Virus record (IMG/VR): IMGVR_UViG_3300006213_001191
Location: 2,099-66,098 of that record
Strand: one strand, 5' to 3'
DNA length: 64,000 bases
DNA from: a virus
Lineage: Duplodnaviria; Caudoviricetes
This document shows positions 59,235 to 64,000 of the stretch, in pieces; position 1 is the first letter of the stretch, and the number at the start of each line of letters is the position of its first letter. The notes beneath the pieces were generated by a model that worked only from the letters and a program-made list of their open reading frames with translations, had not been told where the DNA came from and made no database searches. Position numbers and translations under genes: made by a program.

Positions 59235-59636
59235 ATGGGATTTTCCGAACAGTTAAAAAAGGCACGATTAAACATGGATTATACACAACAACAAGTTGCT
59301 GATTTAATGGGAATTACAAAGAGTACCTATTGTGGTTACGAAACTGGTAAACGCCAACCTGATGTTGCTAAAATAAAACAACTTGCCTGTATCTTAAATA
59401 CATCTGGTGACATTCTGCTTGAAACTGGTTTTGAGCAAAAGCCATCATTTGAAAATGTAACTAATGAATTAAATGACAATGATATTAACGGACTTACTCA
59501 GAAAAAATCATTATCTGAAATTCATCAAAAAGTACTTGCTCAACTGGAAAAAATGAATGATTCACAGGTAAAAGCTGTTTTAGCCTTTATTAATTCAATG
59601 GATGAATTAGAAAAGATATCTGGTCATGAAAATTAA
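59235..59636 (+). CDS. CI-like XRE repressor
   Basis: LKKARLNMDYTQQQVADLMGITKSTYCGYETGKRQPD. Confidence 0.92.
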   Translation: MGFSEQLKKARLNMDYTQQQVADLMGITKSTYCGYETGKRQPDVAKIKQLACILNTSGDILLETGFEQKPSFENVTNELNDNDINGLTQKKSLSEIHQKVLAQLEKMNDSQVKAVLAFINSMDELEKISGHEN

Positions 59637-60016
59637 GGATTATACCTTAAAACAGGTAAAGAATTTAATTAAATTCTAAAGCAAATCACATACAATCTAA
59701 TAAAATTTTAGACACAAAGGTTTTCCTATGTGTCTTTTTTCAAAAAGTAGGCTTTCGCCTACTCTTTATAGTTGCATAAATATTTTATCAGTTTATAGAT
59801 TATTTCTAAAAATTCCAAATCTTCAATCTCCTTCACCATTTTAATGATTTCCTGTTTATAAAATTCTTTTTCATTTAAATTTTTATCCATTATAATATTC
59901 TCCTTTCGACTTTTACAGACATTATATCGCGTTCAAAAGACATTGTCAAGGACATTTTTTTGTGCTTGACATGCATTTTGTATTATGTTAATCTTGTATC
60001 GAAAGGTGGTATGCAT

Positions 60017-60421
60017 ATGACTATTGGTGAACGTATTAAATATCTACGTAAAGAAAAATTGCAAATAACACAGGAAGAGTTTTCTTATAATATTAAAATT
60101 AGTCGCTCCAATTTAGGTAGTATAGAAACAAATCGTGTAACTGCAACTGATAGAGTTATTTCTGATATATGTGAAAGATGGTTAGTAAATGAATATTGGC
60201 TTCGTAACGGAGGGGAAGACGAAGATATTTTTATTATCCTCAAAAAAGATATCGAAGTTGCAAAATATACGCAAAAAATGCTTGATGATACTGATGATTT
60301 TATATATGAATTTATCAAAAATTTGATTGTTGAGTATGGAAAGTTAGATGAAAGTTCTAAACAAATTCTAAGAAATATTGCTAAAGATATTTTCGATAAA
60401 ATGAAAACGGGGCAATCTTAA
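60017..60421 (+). CDS. XRE-family regulator
   Basis: ERIKYLRKEKLQITQEEFS..SRSNLGSIETNR..VNEYWLRNG. Confidence 0.9.
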   Translation: MTIGERIKYLRKEKLQITQEEFSYNIKISRSNLGSIETNRVTATDRVISDICERWLVNEYWLRNGGEDEDIFIILKKDIEVAKYTQKMLDDTDDFIYEFIKNLIVEYGKLDESSKQILRNIAKDIFDKMKTGQS

Positions 60422-60712
60422 TGATTGCCCTTTTTCACGTAAGTTTTTATCATAATCAAAATCTGCGCCAAAAAACGTGAATCTTTTTCATTGTCCATTA
60501 GCTTAATTAAGCGAACAATTTGACTAATCAAATCCATCAGCCTTACCCCCATATATTTTTTACAAGGAGTAAGTAGAACTTTTTTCAACACTCATCCCCC
60601 TTGCTAGATTTATTGTACCATTATTTGTCAAAAAAGTCTATACTTCTACATAAATGTCCGAATATATGGACACTTTTTTTAGAAATATGACTATATCATT
60701 ATAATTATTTTT

Positions 60713-60910
60713 TTACTTATATTCAGAATCATATAAATCTGACATTTTGCAATTTAATGCTTTAGCTATCGTTTCTAATTGCTTGAGCGTGGGAGAAGTT
60801 TTCCCGTTTTCAAAATCACTTATAGTAGATTTCCCTAATCCAGTTCTGTAAGATAAATCTCTTAACGAGAGGCGTTTACTTTTTCTTACATTCCATAATA
60901 ATAGATTCAT
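60713..60910 (-). CDS. XRE-family regulator
   Basis: LSLRDLSYRTGLGKSTISDFENGKTSPTL. Confidence 0.92.
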   Translation of the reverse strand: MNLLLWNVRKSKRLSLRDLSYRTGLGKSTISDFENGKTSPTLKQLETIAKALNCKMSDLYDSEYK

Positions 60911-60932
60911 TTATATAATACCTCCATACATG

Positions 60933-60971
60933 TAATAAAGGAAATGTCATCCAGTGACATTTCCTTTATTA
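60933..60971. other. 17-bp perfect inverted repeat
   Basis: TAATAAAGGAAATGTCA-TCCAG-TGACATTTCCTTTATTA. Confidence 0.7.
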
Positions 60972-61168
60972 TTTAGTATGGCTACATGATGTAAAATATA
61001 TAATAAAAATACGCTAATACTTCGTTTTGTTTTCAATAACAATAAATTTGTGAAAAAATGTCAGGAAATTGTGAACATTGTAATTTTTTCTTCCGAAACA
61101 TTCCTTTTATAGTTAAAGTATGCTACTATAATCAAGTAACAAAATTATAAGAAAGAAGGAAAATTATT

Positions 61169-61846
61169 ATGGCAAAAGAAAAGAAAACAACAAAACTTTG
61201 CAAACATTGCAAAACAGAAATTCCTGCAGGAGCTAAAATATGCCCTTCCTGTCAGAAAAAACAAGGTGGAATCATGATGTGGGTTATTCTTGGAATCGTA
61301 GCTATCGCTATTATTGGTGGGACAATGGGAAAATCGGATTCTAATTCCCCCTCAGAATCAAAAACAACGGAACAAGACAAAAATGTCGCAGAAATAAGCA
61401 AATCTTCGGAAGAATCCAAAGCTGATACTAAAGACACAAAAGAACAATTAACAGAAGAACAGAGTACTACAACTAATAATACTATCAAAGATGGTTCATA
61501 TGATTTAGGCGATATTAATGTATTTTTTTCTGATTCAGTGCGCGATGATGTAACAAAAAATTGGAGACTTTCTAAAGTATCTACCGAAAAAGATATTGCC
61601 GAATATGCCTTAAATTATTATAATACTTTTTTCAGTTCTAATAATGAAATACATGCCATAGTCAATTTTTCAAACAAAACGACTAACCGCATTACAAAAA
61701 TTCTTTCTAACAAAATTCAAGTAACTACTTTTCAATATATCAAAAATGAAGAACATTCTGCCAAAGAATTGTTTGGTGGAAAAATATTAATAGACCGTAT
61801 TATCAACACTGAAACTGGTGAAATTGAAAAAGAAGATACTTACTAA
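61169..61846 (+). CDS. Zinc-ribbon membrane protein (superinfection-exclusion position)
   Basis: CKHCKTEIPAGAKICPSCQ + TM helix. Confidence 0.82.
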   Translation: MAKEKKTTKLCKHCKTEIPAGAKICPSCQKKQGGIMMWVILGIVAIAIIGGTMGKSDSNSPSESKTTEQDKNVAEISKSSEESKADTKDTKEQLTEEQSTTTNNTIKDGSYDLGDINVFFSDSVRDDVTKNWRLSKVSTEKDIAEYALNYYNTFFSSNNEIHAIVNFSNKTTNRITKILSNKIQVTTFQYIKNEEHSAKELFGGKILIDRIINTETGEIEKEDTY

Positions 61847-61862
61847 AAGGAGATAAACTTTT

Positions 61863-62564
61863 ATGAATGAAAACCAAACTCAAAAGAAACACGGCGTATG
61901 GTTCTGGATAGGTCGTGTTATGCTCATCTTTTTATTGATAGGTCTTGTACTTGCCTTTGGATGGATTGCTGGAATTATCTGGCTAGTGTTTTCACGCAAA
62001 AAATTAGATGCACAGCCGGCAAAACAGAAAAAAATGACGATTGCAATTTCTATTGGCTCCATTGCATCCTTTATTATTATGGTTGCTGCTATCCTTAATT
62101 CTTCCGAAAACCAAGAAAGGCCATACTCAAACATTGGACAAAATCACTTCATTGCGGAAGATAAAACTACTACAGAAGATTTAGATTTATCCGAAACTTC
62201 TACTACACGACCTCCAGATACAACTCCGAAACCTACTACTACGCAGCCACCTACTACCACCGAAGCACCTACTACTACGCAACCGCCTACCACTACTGAA
62301 CCGCCGACAGAACCACCAACTCAGCCGCCGACAGAACCACCAACTCAACCACCAACGGAACCACCTATTGAAGATATTCCTGTAGTTAATAATACGCATT
62401 CCTATGTGTTAAATACAAATACACATAAAATTCATTCACCTTCTTGTAGATATGTAAATGAAATAGCACAAAAGAATTATTCTACTTGGTCCGGTGATAG
62501 TGTTGATGATTTTTTAGCTTCAAATCCTAAATATTCAAGATGTAAGAAATGTAATCCAAGATAA
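61863..62564 (+). CDS. Membrane protein with Pro/Thr repeat linker and C-terminal metal-binding domain
   Basis: TM helices; TTQPPT/TEPPT repeats; YVLNTNTHKIH..C..RCKKCNP. Confidence 0.82.
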   Translation: MNENQTQKKHGVWFWIGRVMLIFLLIGLVLAFGWIAGIIWLVFSRKKLDAQPAKQKKMTIAISIGSIASFIIMVAAILNSSENQERPYSNIGQNHFIAEDKTTTEDLDLSETSTTRPPDTTPKPTTTQPPTTTEAPTTTQPPTTTEPPTEPPTQPPTEPPTQPPTEPPIEDIPVVNNTHSYVLNTNTHKIHSPSCRYVNEIAQKNYSTWSGDSVDDFLASNPKYSRCKKCNPR

Positions 62565-62595
62565 ACGAGTTAAATTATAAATATTAAGGAGAAAT

Positions 62596-62683
62596 CATGT
62601 CAGAATTTATAACGAAACTTCTTGCGACGTCGCAAGTCTCCAAATCCTCCGATGAAAAACCATGTCAGAATTTATAACGAAAC
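62596..62683 (+). repeat. 23-bp direct repeat flanking a 42-bp insert matching prophage 48383-48417
   Basis: CATGTCAGAATTTATAACGAAAC at 62596 and 62661; insert 34/35 identical to 48383-48417. Confidence 0.85.
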
Positions 62684-63230
62684 CAAAGCCGATTTTGCAT
62701 TTAAGCAAATCATGATGAACGAAATGTCCGTATCGGGTTCCTGTCAGCAATGCCTGGCATTGACCCCAAAAATATCAAAGAAACCAATATTTTAAACACC
62801 TTCCTCCGCAAGAAGCACGAAGCAGATAAACTGGGAATACTGGATGTAAGAATCCTGTTAAACAGTGAAATGGAGATTGATGTAGAAATCCAGCTTGCAG
62901 AACTGGCTGTCTGACCGGAGCGTTCGCTGTTTTATATATCCAAGATGTTTACAGAGCAGATAGAGCAGGGGCAGCCTGTTATGAGCAAAGTTTATCAGTG
63001 CTGAACGAAAGGAGGAATTTGAAATAATTACAAACCAAAATTATTATATAAACAGTGCGTTCAAGCAGCTTGAAATCATAAGCTAAGACAAACAGAAAAG
63101 ACTGGAATATGAAGCAAGGAAAAAGAGTATTAGGGACCACAATCAAGAGATTCTTGAAGCTGTACTGCACGGAAAAAAGAAGGTAAAGAGGAGGGCAGAA
63201 AAGAAGAACGACTTGAAAGCATTTTTACAA
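62662..63230 (+). pseudogene. Rpn family PD-(D/E)XK nuclease / putative transposase remnant
   Basis: MSEFITKPKADFAFKQIM..RIGFLSA..DKLGILDVRI..IDVEIQL..*PERSLFY, a large internal deletion, then ISAERKEEF..RLEYEAR; frameshifts and stops. Confidence 0.85.
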
Positions 63231-63299
63231 CGATTTCAATTTTGTTGGAACTTAATACAGAACATTCAATTATTATAGAAAATCTGGAATCAAAATATT

Positions 63300-63881
63300 A
63301 GCTATCAAAAGAAAAAGCCAAAGAATATATTGGTATTTTAGACATGAAATCACAAAGACTAAAAAAGCTAACCGAAGACTTAGTAGAAGCCTCTAAAGTA
63401 TCTTCCCGGAAACGTGAAACTAAAAATAGAAGAAATCAAACTAAAAGAGCTAATTAACCAAAGCATAGGAGAATTTAAAGACAGATTTGAAGAAAAGAAA
63501 CTACAAATTGAAACCACAATGCCAGAAGAGGACATAAAAATCAATGTTGACAGCCGATATTTCTATCGAATTATTGAAAATCTTTTTAGTAATATTACAA
63601 AATATGCCTTAGAAAATTCAAGAGTTTACATTGACATGAAAAAAGAAAAAGGAAGAACTGAAATTAGCCTAAAAAACATATCAAAAGAGAGATTAAACAT
63701 AACAAGTGACGAACTGATGCAAAGATTTGTAAGAGGTGATAAATCAAGATACACAGAAGGAAGTGGATTAGGTCTATCAATAGCCAAAAGCCTTGTAGAA
63801 TTACAAGGAGGGGAATTCGAAATAATAATTGATGGAGACCTATTTAAAGTAGTAATCGAATTTGAAGAAATAGAAACATAA
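63300..63881 (+). pseudogene. Sensor histidine kinase C-terminal fragment (HATPase_c), N-terminus missing, frameshift near 63407
   Basis: KSQRLKKLTEDLVEASKVSS/GNVKL..RIIENLFSNITKY..FVRGDKSRYTEGSGLGLSIAKSL. Confidence 0.85.
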
Positions 63882-63886
63882 AAATT

Positions 63887-63930
63887 CCTTAAAAAAGGTG
63901 CAGAATCTAGGTTCTGCACCTTTTTTAAGG
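63887..63930. terminator. Terminator after the kinase fragment
   Basis: CCTTAAAAAAGGTGCAGAA/TTCTGCACCTTTTTTAAGG 19-bp stem. Confidence 0.85.
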
Positions 63931-64000
63931 GATAAATAGTAACAAAGAATCCAATATAAAATCAAAACAGTAAAATTCGTTTTGGAATAAATCTGGTAGG

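Larger units (their letters stand above)
15930..62564 (-). mobile_element. Prophage, contractile tail with lambda-type packaging (boundaries approximate)
   Basis: Ordered immunity, replication, late activator, terminase, head, tail and lysis modules. Confidence 0.92.

Noticed and set aside
62215-62365. Short tandem CCACC/ACTAC repeats as a possible second array
   Set aside because: They are in-frame Pro/Thr linker codons of the membrane protein
62400-62700. att core at the right prophage boundary
   Set aside because: No matching direct repeat found near the left end; the partner probably lies outside the window
1-64000. cas genes, reverse transcriptase/DGR, tRNA or rRNA genes
   Set aside because: No ORF shows Cas1/Cas6/Cas10/RAMP or RT (YxDD) motifs, and I recognised no tRNA or rRNA sequence; not computationally excluded

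Overview
A Clostridiales/Lachnospiraceae-type sequence made almost entirely of mobile DNA. (1) About 1-12 kb is an integrative, satellite-like element: tyrosine integrase (runs off the left edge), excisionase, D5/P4-type primase-helicase, a Rep_trans/gpII-like initiator candidate and a DUF932-YqaJ-Sak(Rad52)-DUF5688 recombination cluster. (2) About 12-19 kb is accessory: zinc-ribbon and DUF4352-like membrane proteins, XRE/HTH regulators, a GIY-YIG nuclease, an amidoligase and a GGCT. (3) About 19.7-62.6 kb is a near-complete contractile-tailed prophage on the minus strand, with a lambda-type head (GpA terminase, cos-like site, portal, capsid), P2-like tail, lysis genes, HicAB, PcfJ/PcfK, a replication initiator and a stack of nine XRE/Cro genes; it has no integrase of its own. 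(4) The right edge holds a decayed Rpn nuclease and a histidine kinase fragment. The most striking feature is a cas-less 6-repeat/5-spacer CRISPR mini-array at 19173-19580, just past the endolysin. It has its own minus-strand promoter overlapping a truncated first repeat and its own terminator. All six repeats differ but keep the hairpin (G-U-preserving changes) and the 8-nt ATTGACAC handle. One spacer shares 14 nt with a leader motif that occurs three times in this prophage's early region. All family assignments come from motif recognition by eye; no searches were run.
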